Shown here: positions 27,696 through 37,763 of the stretch, piece by piece
How the letters are laid out: the number at the start of each line of letters is the position of its first letter
How positions within the stretch are numbered: the stretch's first letter is position 1
Source of the DNA: Kiritimatiellia bacterium
GTDB taxonomy: Bacteria > Verrucomicrobiota > Kiritimatiellia > SLAD01
DNA: 64,000 nucleotides
Assembly (NCBI GenBank): GCA_007134735.1
Contig: SLKG01000043.1
Coordinates: 19,317 to 83,316 of the forward strand
Direction of reading: 5' to 3'
Made by a program: the position numbers and the translations under genes
The notes under the pieces: generated by a model
Told to the model about the DNA's origin: nothing
Seen by the model: the letters and a program-made list of their open reading frames with translations, nothing else
Databases searched by the model: none

Positions 27696-28813
27696 GGAGA
27701 AGTTCATGCCGCATTCGCTCTTCCTCGTCCTCGTTCTCGTACTCGTACTCGATCTCAACCCATTGGTTCGTCGCGAGAACGAGGACGAGAACGAGGACGA
27801 TTAAGAGGGAAAAGGGCTCCGCGCTCATCGTGGCCTTATGGGTGATTGTGTTGTTGTCGTTGTTGGTGGCTTCTTTTGCCTTTGACATGAAGGTCGAGTT
27901 GGAGATCACCTCGTTCTATCGAAACCGGCTCAAGGCGCAGTATGTGGCGCAGGGCGGCATGGAACTGGCCAAGGTGATTATCAAGCAAAGCACGAAGGTG
28001 GATGAGGCGCTCGAGGAGGAATTCTTTCACGAAGACGAGCAAATTGCCCTGGGCGCCGTCAACCTCTCACGGGGCACGGCCATGCGCAATTTAAAACGGG
28101 AAATCGGGGAGGGGACATTAACCCTGACGATTGAGCCCGAGGAAGGCCGGCGAAATATCAATCTTCTGGTGGATGACTACGATGACTGGGAGGAAATTCT
28201 CGACCAGGCCGGAGTGCCCCAGGAATTATGGCCGGAGTTGATTCACACCTTCTGGGATTTTATCGAACCCGGTGATACACGGCGTCTCCACGGGGCCGAA
28301 CCGGACGATCCATGGTACACACGACGGGGCTACGAGGCAAAGGGGGCGGAACTCGACACCATTGACGAACTGCTCCTGGTGAAGGGGTTCACCGAGGAAA
28401 TCGTGTACGGCAGTCCGCCCGGAACCCCGGCCGATGAAAGTATGCGGGGCATCGCATCGTGGCTGACGACCTGGACGACGGACAATCGCGTCAACGTCAA
28501 TACGGCGTCCCGGGAAGTGCTTCTGACCATCAGCGGTATTGATGAGTTTGTCGTGGATGCTATTATCGAACATCGCGTGGGGCTTGACGGAATAGCGGGA
28601 ACCCGCGAGGACGGCTTCGAAAGCGTGGACGAGGTGATTGCGTTGACCGGGATGCGGGCCGATTTGCGTGACCGGATACGCGTTCGCGATGTAGATTTCT
28701 ATCGGATTACCTCGATCGGCGAGGTGCGCGGCGTGCGGCGCGGCGCGTGGGCCGTGATGCGCGTGGAGAACGGGGATGTGACGCCGGTTTTCTGGCGCGA
28801 AGAGCAATTGTAG
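27692..28813 (+). CDS. gspK: Minor pseudopilin GspK
   Basis: GSALIVALWVIVLL N-terminus and a GspK-type helix-hairpin-helix region (NVNTASREVLLTISGI). ATGA overlap with gspJ. Confidence 0.8.
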   Translation: MRRSSCRIRSSSSSFSYSYSISTHWFVARTRTRTRTIKREKGSALIVALWVIVLLSLLVASFAFDMKVELEITSFYRNRLKAQYVAQGGMELAKVIIKQSTKVDEALEEEFFHEDEQIALGAVNLSRGTAMRNLKREIGEGTLTLTIEPEEGRRNINLLVDDYDDWEEILDQAGVPQELWPELIHTFWDFIEPGDTRRLHGAEPDDPWYTRRGYEAKGAELDTIDELLLVKGFTEEIVYGSPPGTPADESMRGIASWLTTWTTDNRVNVNTASREVLLTISGIDEFVVDAIIEHRVGLDGIAGTREDGFESVDEVIALTGMRADLRDRIRVRDVDFYRITSIGEVRGVRRGAWAVMRVENGDVTPVFWREEQL

Positions 28814-28901
28814 ACGAATATGGTATGGTGTATGGGATGGTCCCAATCGGGATGCCCGGTTTGGGATCCGGACATGTGGATGCGGAGAAAGCGAAAGAAC
28901 G

Positions 28902-30287
28902 ATGTCCAGTAAAGACCAGATAGCGGGCGTGGTGCTGTGCGATCATGAGATCGAATGGACCGTGCTGCGCCGGAAGAAGGGGGTGTACGGGGTCCAGGAC
29001 CATCAGCGCGTTGGGCTGGAATCCAGACCCGATGAAGCGTGGTCCCCCGAAGAATGGGCGACCCGTATCAAGTCAACATGCGGAAGCCTCCGGGGGCATA
29101 CGTGTTTGGGCATGAACAGCGACCAGGTTCTTTTGCGCGTGGCGGATCTGCCCTCGGGTGATCCGGAAGAGCTGGGGGGCATGGTGGAACTGCAGGTGGA
29201 CAAGTTTTCTCCCTTCCCCATTGAACACATGGTCATTTCCTACGAGGTTCTTTCCTCCGGAGAGAACAGTGTCCGTGTGCTCATTGCCGCGACCCGCACG
29301 GAGGCGGTGGAGGCGTTGGGCGAACGGTTTTCCCTCGCCGGCCGGAGGCTGGAACGTATCGATTTGAAGATCATGGGGTGGTGGACCCTGATCCGGGAGC
29401 AGGGCGATGTGCCCCGGAAGGGCCGGCATGCGCTCATGTTGATTGATCGGGGGGCTTGCGAATTGATCGTATGTCAGGACGGCGTTCCTGTCGTGATTCG
29501 GCATCTGGGCGATGCCGGGGATTTGGAGGATGACGCGTTTATCATGGAGCTGGCCGAGGAAACCGGCTACACGCTCACATCGCTGGAATCCGAATGGGGG
29601 GCGGTCGAAACGCCCCGGATGACATTGTGGCACGACGGGGACGGGCCGCCTGAAAAAATCATGGAGGCCGTACGGCGGGAATGCGCGGTGGAAGTGGATA
29701 TCCGGTCGCTTGACGACTTGTCGCCCGTCAGCGAAGGCATCGCGCGACGGTGTGCCGAAGGGAAGTCCCGTCTCGATTTAACGCCGCGGGAATGGCACGA
29801 GGCCGAGCACCTCAAAACCGCCAACCGGCGGTTCGCGGCCACGGTGGCCTCCATCCTGGGAGTTTGGTTGTTGGGCACCGCCCTTTTCCTCGGATCGCTC
29901 CATCTTCTGCATCGGCAGATGGAACAATTGCAGGAGGATGTACGGGCCCTGGAGGAGCCGGCGGAACGGGTGCGTGAATTGCGAAGCCGCGTTGAATCGC
30001 TGGAGCAATATGCGGATCGCACCTATTCGGCCCTGGAGTGTTTGCGCGAGGTTAGTGACCGCATGCCTTCCGGGGTGGATTTGAGTTCATTCGTCTATCG
30101 CAAGGGCCGGTCCATCAATTTGCGCGGCGAAGCCAACACGGTCACGCCCATCTATGATTTCTTTGATGCGATGGAGGCGTCCGAGCTCTTCTACGAAGTC
30201 AAACCGGAAGGCATAACCCAGGCGGCCGGCGGCCGCCGGCGGCCGGAATTCCGGCTGACGATTGCGTTGCCGGGGGAAGCGCCATGA
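28902..30287 (+). CDS. gspL: GspL-like protein (PilM-like actin-fold cytoplasmic domain + TM + PilN-like periplasmic domain)
   Basis: N-terminal actin-like domain, a single TM (AATVASILGVWLLGTALFLG) and a coiled-coil periplasmic C-terminus. Its position between gspK and gspM supports the call. Confidence 0.65.
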   Translation: MSSKDQIAGVVLCDHEIEWTVLRRKKGVYGVQDHQRVGLESRPDEAWSPEEWATRIKSTCGSLRGHTCLGMNSDQVLLRVADLPSGDPEELGGMVELQVDKFSPFPIEHMVISYEVLSSGENSVRVLIAATRTEAVEALGERFSLAGRRLERIDLKIMGWWTLIREQGDVPRKGRHALMLIDRGACELIVCQDGVPVVIRHLGDAGDLEDDAFIMELAEETGYTLTSLESEWGAVETPRMTLWHDGDGPPEKIMEAVRRECAVEVDIRSLDDLSPVSEGIARRCAEGKSRLDLTPREWHEAEHLKTANRRFAATVASILGVWLLGTALFLGSLHLLHRQMEQLQEDVRALEEPAERVRELRSRVESLEQYADRTYSALECLREVSDRMPSGVDLSSFVYRKGRSINLRGEANTVTPIYDFFDAMEASELFYEVKPEGITQAAGGRRRPEFRLTIALPGEAP

Positions 30288-30820
30288 AATTGAACCCACG
30301 GGAGAGAATGCTGACCATTGGAGCGCTGGTGGTGGTACTGGCGGCGGTGTCCTACTGGGTCGGCGAATCCCGCTATGCCGAGTGGCGGGAAACCGCCCGC
30401 ATGGAAGAGGCCTTGAGACAGCGCCGGGTCATTGCGGAGCGCCTGTTGGATCAACGGGACGACCTGGATCGTCGAATGGAGGCATTACGGGAGGGGTTGC
30501 CCCGGCATTCGATGGAGGCGGATGTGACCTCCCAGTTGTTACGCAGCCTTCAGCGGACAGCGGATGATCACGGGTTGCAACTGCTTCGGCGGGAACCGGA
30601 AGAAGAAAGACGCATTGGTGAATTGTACGAATTGGCCATTACGTGCACGTGGGAGGGCACGTTGGATGCGCTGGTGCATTTTCTCTATGCACTCCACACA
30701 CAAGGTGCTAATGTGGACGTGCGACACTTAACCATAGCGCCACACCCGGGACAGCCTGCGCAATTGCGCGGAAGTTTTACGGTGGACTATGCGTATAGCC
30801 GTGTAGCAAGGGATTCGTGA
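30284..30820 (+). CDS. gspM: GspM / PilO-like protein
   Basis: N-terminal TM (MLTIGALVVVLAAVSYW) and a periplasmic domain. ATGA overlap with gspL. Confidence 0.6.
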   Translation: MKLNPRERMLTIGALVVVLAAVSYWVGESRYAEWRETARMEEALRQRRVIAERLLDQRDDLDRRMEALREGLPRHSMEADVTSQLLRSLQRTADDHGLQLLRREPEEERRIGELYELAITCTWEGTLDALVHFLYALHTQGANVDVRHLTIAPHPGQPAQLRGSFTVDYAYSRVARDS

Positions 30821-30873
30821 AGGATCATGAACCAGGTGGACAAAACCCTGAGACAAGGAGCGCGGGGATTGTG

Positions 30874-33393
30874 ATGTTATTCGCGCGGCGAAGGCGGTCT
30901 TTTTTGCGCGCCGTTACCTACGGCGTCCTGCTTGCGTTTACGGGCGGGCCGTGGACGGTGTATGCGCAGACCGTGCTTCCGGCAACGGTGCAGCGGGGGG
31001 ATACCGAACAGCTGGTTTCGCTTAATTTCAGGGATGCGCCGCTGGATCAGGTGCTCGAGTTCTACAGCCAGTTGACGGGACGCACCATGATCCGGGCGCC
31101 GGGAATCAGCGCGACGATCACACTGCGCGGCCAGACACGCCTTTCGGAAACGGAGGCCCTTCAGGCCATCGACAGCGTATTGGCGATGCACAATGTGGCG
31201 CTGGTGCCGATGGGCGAGAAGTTCCTCAAGGTGGTTCAGCCGGGCACCGTCCGCCAGGAAGGGCTGGGCATCGGTTTTGATCTTCCGGATGATTCGTTTC
31301 CCGAGGCGGACAAGCTGATCAGCCAGGTCATCAATCTTACCTTTATGGAAATCGCCGAGATCCAGCCCATCATACAGTCCTTGATTCACGGATACGGAAA
31401 GATTCAACCGCTCGAACGAACCAACAGCCTGTTGATTACCGATACCGCTGCCAATATCCGGCGCATCCTGGAAGTCATTGAATTTGTGGACCGGCCGGTG
31501 GAGATACAGGAGGACATGTTTGTCCGGGAGTTGATGTACGCCGAGGCGAGCCAGGTGGCGGGACGATTGAACGAATTGATTGCGGACGCGGAGGATCGGG
31601 ATGTGCGTGCGCGTCCGGCGGCGCGCGCGGCGCCGCGTCCCGATGACGAGGCTCCCCGCGGACCGCCGGGTGTGATCCGTCCCCGCCGGGAACAGCCGGA
31701 AGCCCCGGCCGCAACGGCCGATGTGGCGGAACTGGTCGAGCGGGGGATCATTCACGGGCGGGTCAAGATCGTGGCTGATGATCGAATCAATACGCTGTTC
31801 ATTATTTCCCGCCCGGTCAATTTCGCGTTCTTTGACCGGATCATCGATGTGCTGGATCGTCCGGTCGACCCGGAAATCATTGTCCGCGTAATTTCATTGG
31901 AATATGCCCAGGCGGAAGACCTGGCCGGAATTCTTAACGAATTTATCGGAGCCGTGGCGGCGGATCGGCCGACGCGCGCGGTGGAACGGGGTGTGGGGGC
32001 CGAAGACACGCCGGCGGCCCGGGCGGAGGCGTTACGCGATTTCGTGGCCGCACGGGCGGAACGGCTGCAGGAAGTGGTTAGTGAAGACGCAACCCGGTTT
32101 GGCCGGCTCTCGCCGTTGACCCAGATCTTGTCCGATAAGCGAACCAATTCCCTTTTGTTGATGGGGCGGCGCAGCGACATTGCGGCGCTGGAGGAGATCA
32201 TCGATCAACTGGACGTCATGCTGGGGCAGGTGTTGATCGAGGCGGTTATTCTGGAGGTGAATCTCAGCGATACGCTGGATTACGGGATCAGCTGGTTGCA
32301 GCGCTCCCTCGAGGTGGTCAGCGAGGAGCGTGTCGGCCCGGGGCGGGGCGTTACGATTGCCGAACCCGTGGCGGCCTTCGGCGGCGGATTCATGGGCCGG
32401 GAGACATCGTTCATTGATGCCGGAGAGGTCGGGCGGGCAACCACCTTGTCTCCCGGTGCGCTGACCTATTACGCGACGTTGCACGGCCTGAATGTGGACG
32501 CGGTAATCCGATTGGCGGCCACGACGGGCGATGCGCGCGTGCTGTCCACGCCGGTCATCATGACCACCGACAATACCGAGGCGCGGATTATCGTCGGCGA
32601 ACAGCGTCCGGTGGTGACGTCCACCGCGGTATCCGGAGTGGGGGATCGCACGGTGTCTTCGTATCAATACAAGGACATTGGGATCAATCTGACCGTCACC
32701 CCGCGGATCAACCCCCAGCGCATTGTGGTTATGGAGATAAGCCAGAGCGCGGACGATGTGGTGGGCACGGTGACCATCGACGATAACGAAGTGCCGATCA
32801 TTACCAAGCGGGAATTCGAGGCGTCGGTATCCGTAGCCAGCCGTTCCACGATCGCCTTGGGCGGATTGGTGCGTACCGATGATCGTTTGACCCGGACGAA
32901 GGTGCCGGTGTTGGGCGACATCCCCCTGCTGGGCCTGCTTTTCCGGACCCAGTCGCTACAGGAGCGCCGCACGGAGCTGATCGTGTTGTTGACGCCCTAT
33001 GTGGTCATGACTCCGGAAGAAGCGCGTGAAGAAACGTACCGGTTACACCATGCCGGCCAATCCAGCCAAACCCAATGGCATCGCGGATGGTCGGACAGCG
33101 AATTCGCCTATCCTCCGAATACCGAGCGTGTCTATTATCCATTTACCTCCCCGGAAGATATCCAGCAGTTGCCCCATGAGGAAAGGGACTATCGGGCCAA
33201 AGAGAAACTACCCCCGGATGCTGTTTTTCAGGTGATTCCCGAAGAGCGCCCGGTGGTGCGTCCCGCGGAACCCGCTCCCGTCCCGGAACCGGCGGAACCC
33301 GTTCCTCCGCCCGTTGAGGAGGAACCGACAACTCCGCGGGTTCCTCATGTGCCTGTGGATGGTGATATTTTTGCGCCCGTCCCGGTCTGGTGA
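30874..33393 (+). CDS. gspD: Type II secretion secretin GspD with an extended Pro/Ala-rich C-terminal tail
   Basis: N0-N3 domains and the secretin domain (GGLVRTDDRLTRTKVPVLGDIPLLGLLF). The start is taken at ATG 30874, with AAGGAG 13 nt upstream; the tracked ORF begins at GTG 30817. Confidence 0.9.
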   Translation: MLFARRRRSFLRAVTYGVLLAFTGGPWTVYAQTVLPATVQRGDTEQLVSLNFRDAPLDQVLEFYSQLTGRTMIRAPGISATITLRGQTRLSETEALQAIDSVLAMHNVALVPMGEKFLKVVQPGTVRQEGLGIGFDLPDDSFPEADKLISQVINLTFMEIAEIQPIIQSLIHGYGKIQPLERTNSLLITDTAANIRRILEVIEFVDRPVEIQEDMFVRELMYAEASQVAGRLNELIADAEDRDVRARPAARAAPRPDDEAPRGPPGVIRPRREQPEAPAATADVAELVERGIIHGRVKIVADDRINTLFIISRPVNFAFFDRIIDVLDRPVDPEIIVRVISLEYAQAEDLAGILNEFIGAVAADRPTRAVERGVGAEDTPAARAEALRDFVAARAERLQEVVSEDATRFGRLSPLTQILSDKRTNSLLLMGRRSDIAALEEIIDQLDVMLGQVLIEAVILEVNLSDTLDYGISWLQRSLEVVSEERVGPGRGVTIAEPVAAFGGGFMGRETSFIDAGEVGRATTLSPGALTYYATLHGLNVDAVIRLAATTGDARVLSTPVIMTTDNTEARIIVGEQRPVVTSTAVSGVGDRTVSSYQYKDIGINLTVTPRINPQRIVVMEISQSADDVVGTVTIDDNEVPIITKREFEASVSVASRSTIALGGLVRTDDRLTRTKVPVLGDIPLLGLLFRTQSLQERRTELIVLLTPYVVMTPEEAREETYRLHHAGQSSQTQWHRGWSDSEFAYPPNTERVYYPFTSPEDIQQLPHEERDYRAKEKLPPDAVFQVIPEERPVVRPAEPAPVPEPAEPVPPPVEEEPTTPRVPHVPVDGDIFAPVPVW

Positions 33394-33406
33394 TACGTAT
33401 TCCGCA

Positions 33407-34141
33407 TCACGAATCCCGTTTCATCTGTTCCGCCGTCCACCGCGTTTGCCGTGCGATTCCCATGAGAATGCGCACGTCGATTTCGGTCAGCGATCCCCGG
33501 GACAGAATCCGCCGCAGGCCCAGCATCATGTGCGCCGCCGTATCTTCATCCATGAACCCGATAGCCAGCAGGGATTCCCGCCACATGGCGAACATGCGTT
33601 CACGCAATTCGGAGGGGGCCTCGGGCGACGACTCCTGCGGAGGGATCGGCACCCGGCCGGCCAGAAATAATTCGTAACAACAGACGATGACGGCATGGGA
33701 AAGATTGAGGGAGGCGTATTCCTCGGACGACGGGATTTGAATCAGTTGCGTACAGAGCGCGATATCCGCGTTGTTCAACCCGTGATCTTCGGGTCCGAAC
33801 ACGAGCGCCACGCGGGTGTGTTGCGCGGCTTCCAGCAGTGTCGGTGCCCAGTCCCTCGGGGTGCGCGCGTGTTGACGGTACAGGCCGGCGCGCGCCGTCG
33901 TGCCTGCGACCAATCCGCAATCGGCCACGGCTTCAGCCAGCGTGGCGAATTCCCGGCGCTGTTCGAGCACGGCGTCCGCCCGATACGCCATCTTCCGGGC
34001 TTCGCTCCAGTCCGTGTCCGCCCGGGGTTCGGCGATGGCCAGGTCGCGGATACCCATGTTCAGCATGGCCCGGCAGACGGAACCGATGTTTCCGCCGTAG
34101 ACCGGACGAACGAGAACGATTCTGACATGATCCAGCGACAT
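33407..34141 (-). CDS. trmJ: SpoU/TrmH-family RNA 2'-O-methyltransferase (TrmJ-like)
   Basis: SPOUT motifs (LVFGPEDHGL; LNLSHAVIVCCYEL). Confidence 0.8.
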   Translation of the reverse strand: MSLDHVRIVLVRPVYGGNIGSVCRAMLNMGIRDLAIAEPRADTDWSEARKMAYRADAVLEQRREFATLAEAVADCGLVAGTTARAGLYRQHARTPRDWAPTLLEAAQHTRVALVFGPEDHGLNNADIALCTQLIQIPSSEEYASLNLSHAVIVCCYELFLAGRVPIPPQESSPEAPSELRERMFAMWRESLLAIGFMDEDTAAHMMLGLRRILSRGSLTEIDVRILMGIARQTRWTAEQMKRDS

Positions 34142-34333
34142 GGGTGCCAGTATAGATGGTTTTCCTCTCCGTTCGCAATGCCCGGCAACAAAGGCGCGAT
34201 ATTTGACGGCCCCGGCCGGGGTCCGCGATGGCGCCGGTTTGGTGGTAATGGTGTTGAGGCCCGCGATTCAAGAGCCGTTTTGATGCTGGACGGAGCAAGC
34301 GGCTCCGGTATAGGTTGTGCCGGTATCGCAGAC

Positions 34334-34825
34334 ATGGAGGAACACATGGACGAACTTCTAAAAATACTGAAGAATAACGCGCTGGAAAGCCCGGGCAACA
34401 TCGCCAAGATGCTGAACATGAGCGAGGATGAAGTCCGGAAACGGATCAAGGAATATGAGAAGAAGGGCATCATCCGGGGTTACCAGGCCGTTGTTAACGA
34501 GGACCAACTCGATATCAATCGCGTGATGGCCGTTATTGAAGTCACGGTAACACCGGAACGCGAGGGCGGGTTTGATCGCGTATCAAACCGCATCAGCCGT
34601 TTCCCGGAGGTCGAATCGCTCTACCTGGTTTCCGGCGATTACGATCTGCTGCTCTTTGTAGAGGGCCGGGATCTGAAGTCGGTCTCTTCTTTTGTAAGCG
34701 AGCGGCTGGCCACGATCGAGGGCGTGAAGAGTACGGTTACCCATTTCATGCTCAAAACCTATAAACATCATGGCGTCGAGATGGAAAGTCAGGATGAATA
34801 CGAAAGACTCAAAGTGTCCCCGTGA
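34334..34825 (+). CDS. Lrp/AsnC family transcriptional regulator
   Basis: N-terminal HTH (IAKMLNMSEDEVRKRIKEYEKKGII) and a RAM ligand-binding domain. The tracked ORF is trimmed to ATG 34334. Confidence 0.85.
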   Translation: MEEHMDELLKILKNNALESPGNIAKMLNMSEDEVRKRIKEYEKKGIIRGYQAVVNEDQLDINRVMAVIEVTVTPEREGGFDRVSNRISRFPEVESLYLVSGDYDLLLFVEGRDLKSVSSFVSERLATIEGVKSTVTHFMLKTYKHHGVEMESQDEYERLKVSP

Positions 34826-35984
34826 TCCCATAGCGGCTCATCTTCGGGATGTGCCCCGTTCCGGGATCCGCGATTTCTTTGAAATTGTGAGTTCCGTTCC
34901 GGACGTCATCAGTCTTGGAATCGGGGAACCGGATTTCGATACGCCCTGGCATGTCCGTGAGGCCTCGATGTTTGCGCTGGAAAAGGGCGCGACGAAGTAC
35001 ACCTCGAACATGGGTTTGCCAAAATTACGGAAAGCCATTGCCCGGTACGTGGGCGATACCTTTCATGTGTCATACGATGCGGACCGCGAAGTATTGATCA
35101 CGGTGGGCGTCAGTGAAGCCTTGGACCTGGCGGTGCGCGCGCTCGTCAATCCGGGCGACGAGGTCCTGTATCATGAACCGTCCTATGTTTCGTATCGGCC
35201 GTTGATCCAGTTTGCGCATGGCTGTCCCGTGCCCGTGGAAACGCGGAGAGAAGAAGGCTTTCGGATTACCCGGGACCGGCTCGAAGAGCGGATTACGGAG
35301 CGCTCCCGCCTGTTGATCCTGAATTATCCGAACAATCCCACCGGCGCGGTTCTGAACCGGGAGGATGTGCGCATTATGGCGGAATGCGCCCGGGAACATG
35401 ACCTCATGGTGATCACGGATGAGATCTATGCGGAAATGACCTATAACGGTTCGCATGTAAGCATTGCGTCCATGCCGGAAATGAAGGAACGCACCATTTT
35501 CCTGCACGGGTTCTCCAAGTCATGGGCCATGACCGGATTCCGGATCGGGTATGCCTGTGCGCCTCCGGAATTAACGGAAGCCATGATGAAGATTCATCAA
35601 TATACGATGTTGTGCGCGCCGATTCTCAGCCAGGAAGCGGCGATGGAAGCCCTCAATGAACCGGATAACGATATCCGGGAAATGCGGGATGAATACGTCC
35701 GGCACCGGAATTACATATATCATGCATTCCGCGATATGGGGTTGCCGTGTGTGGAGCCGGGCGGCGCTTTCTATGCGTTTCCGTATATCGGCGATACGGG
35801 CATATCCTCTAAAGATTTCGCCCTTCGGTTGCTCGAAGAGGAAAAGGTCGCCGTTGTGCCGGGTTCGGCGTTCGGCGCTTGTGGCGAAGGCTACGTGCGG
35901 TGTTCATATGCCACCTCGCTTGAGGAACTCAAGGAAGCCATGACGCGGATGGCCGGATTTGTCAGGCGGATAACAAGCTGTTGA
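34794..35984 (+). CDS. Pyridoxal-phosphate-dependent aminotransferase, class I/II
   Basis: Fold-type I aminotransferase motifs (GEPDFDTP; SKSWAMTGFRIGY). The start is taken at MNTKDSK, ATG 34794. Confidence 0.85.
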   Translation: MNTKDSKCPRDPIAAHLRDVPRSGIRDFFEIVSSVPDVISLGIGEPDFDTPWHVREASMFALEKGATKYTSNMGLPKLRKAIARYVGDTFHVSYDADREVLITVGVSEALDLAVRALVNPGDEVLYHEPSYVSYRPLIQFAHGCPVPVETRREEGFRITRDRLEERITERSRLLILNYPNNPTGAVLNREDVRIMAECAREHDLMVITDEIYAEMTYNGSHVSIASMPEMKERTIFLHGFSKSWAMTGFRIGYACAPPELTEAMMKIHQYTMLCAPILSQEAAMEALNEPDNDIREMRDEYVRHRNYIYHAFRDMGLPCVEPGGAFYAFPYIGDTGISSKDFALRLLEEEKVAVVPGSAFGACGEGYVRCSYATSLEELKEAMTRMAGFVRRITSC

Positions 35985-36193
35985 TACATTGTGGCCGACG
36001 TGTGGATGGTTGCCCGTTTCCGGTCCCCGGAATATCCGTAACACCTTAAGGAAAGGAATGTTGTGAAAACATTCCGCGGTGTTGATAACCGGCGTCCTGA
36101 TGGTTCCCTGGGTGCGCCGACCTGTTCATAACTTCGCTCATGGTATGGGATCCCCATGGTGCCGTGGGCGTGGGCGCTCATGCCATAAGCGGG

Positions 36194-37762
36194 TTAACGG
36201 AGCAGGACATCCCGGAAAACATCGGGGAGCCGCGTGACGATATCGCCGGCGGTATAGCCCCGCTGTGTCATGTCCCAGGCGAGCAGGTCGGCCGCTCTGC
36301 CGTGTATGTACACGGAAAAGCGTGCGGCATCGAACGGGTCGAGATTTTGCGCGAGCAGACCCGTCAGCAGGCCCGCCAGAACGTCTCCGGTTCCTCCGGT
36401 TGCCATTCCGGGATTGCCGGTCAGATTGATGTGAACCGGCTGTCCGGACCGGGCGATAATGGAACCCGCGCCTTTTAGGACCACCGTGGTATTCGTGGTT
36501 TGTGCCATGGCTCGTGCCATGCCGATGCGGTCCGCCTGGACATCCGTGACGTTCAGGTCTCCCAATCGGGCGAATTCACCGGGATGCGGTGTTATGACGA
36601 TGGGGCATGACGCCTCTTTCAGTTCATGGGGGCGGCCATGAAGGACCTGGATGGCGTCCGCGTCCAGGACAAGCGGTTTCCGTGACGTCTGAATAATCTG
36701 CCGCGTGATCTGCAGGGTATCGTCATGCCGGGTCATACCGGGGCCGATCAGGATGGCGTCGAATTCATGGATGCGGTCCTTCCATTCCGACCAACCGTGT
36801 GCGGAAATGGATCCGGCCCCGGTTTCGGCTATACCGTGAACCATGAATTCGGCGGCGTGGCAGGAAACCGGCGTCACGATGCTTTCGGGGGTCAGAATGC
36901 TCACCAGGCCGCACCCCGACCTTAAGGCCGCTTGTCCCGCCAGGGCGATCGCTCCGGAATATCCCCGTGCGCCGCCGATCAATAAAACGTGTCCATAGTC
37001 GCCTTTATGGCTGACCCGCTTTCGGCGCGGAAAACAAGGCCATAGATCGGCGTCGCCGATCGCGGCATATTCGGTTTCCAGTTCGTCGATATACTCCGCC
37101 GGGATTCCGATATCCACCACTTCGACGCTGCCGCTGTATTCAATTCCATCAGCCAGGGCCAACCCGATTTTGGGCAGGCCCATGGTGACCGTCATGTCGG
37201 CGCGGACCACGGATCCCTCGGCGTGTCCGTGGTCGGCGTCCAGTCCGGACGGAATGTCGATGGATACGATAAAGGCCTGGTGCGCGCACGCATTCATATA
37301 GTCGATGGCCGCGGCGGCCGGGCCGCGAGCGGGACCGGTGGTGCCTGTGCCCAGCACGCCGTCCACGAGGATATCCGCCGGTTCCCGGCCGGCATTCAAT
37401 TCCTCTTTCCAATGATCGGGCGCCGGCCGTTCCCGGAGCGGGATCTCCATGTTTTGCATATGCCGGAGGTGGGTCCGCGCATCGCCCTGGATGTCTTCGA
37501 CGGTTCCGGCGAGCAGCACGTCCACGTCGAAGCCGGCCGTGTGCAGGTAACGTGCCGCGACGAAGGCGTCGCCGCCGTTGTTTCCGCGTCCGGCGACCAT
37601 GCGGATCAGCGGTGCATACAGGCCGGCTTCCCCGGCCAGGCGGTGGATGTGTTCGGCCAGTCCGTGTCCGGCCCGGTCCATGAGGACTTCACCCGGCGTG
37701 CCGTATTCTTCAATGGTTCGCCGGTCAAGCTCGCGCATTTGTTGGGACGTAACGAGTTTCAT
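36194..37762 (-). CDS. nnr: Bifunctional NAD(P)H-hydrate repair enzyme (epimerase / ADP-dependent dehydratase)
   Basis: YjeF N-terminal and C-terminal domains (GRGNNGGDAFVAARYL; carbohydrate-kinase-like C-terminus). Confidence 0.9.
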   Translation of the reverse strand: MKLVTSQQMRELDRRTIEEYGTPGEVLMDRAGHGLAEHIHRLAGEAGLYAPLIRMVAGRGNNGGDAFVAARYLHTAGFDVDVLLAGTVEDIQGDARTHLRHMQNMEIPLRERPAPDHWKEELNAGREPADILVDGVLGTGTTGPARGPAAAAIDYMNACAHQAFIVSIDIPSGLDADHGHAEGSVVRADMTVTMGLPKIGLALADGIEYSGSVEVVDIGIPAEYIDELETEYAAIGDADLWPCFPRRKRVSHKGDYGHVLLIGGARGYSGAIALAGQAALRSGCGLVSILTPESIVTPVSCHAAEFMVHGIAETGAGSISAHGWSEWKDRIHEFDAILIGPGMTRHDDTLQITRQIIQTSRKPLVLDADAIQVLHGRPHELKEASCPIVITPHPGEFARLGDLNVTDVQADRIGMARAMAQTTNTTVVLKGAGSIIARSGQPVHINLTGNPGMATGGTGDVLAGLLTGLLAQNLDPFDAARFSVYIHGRAADLLAWDMTQRGYTAGDIVTRLPDVFRDVLLR

Positions 37763-37763
37763 A

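Noticed and set aside
33695-34333. N-terminal 213 codons of tracked ORF 33695..34825
   Set aside because: It is antisense to trmJ. The Lrp/AsnC homology starts at ATG 34334.
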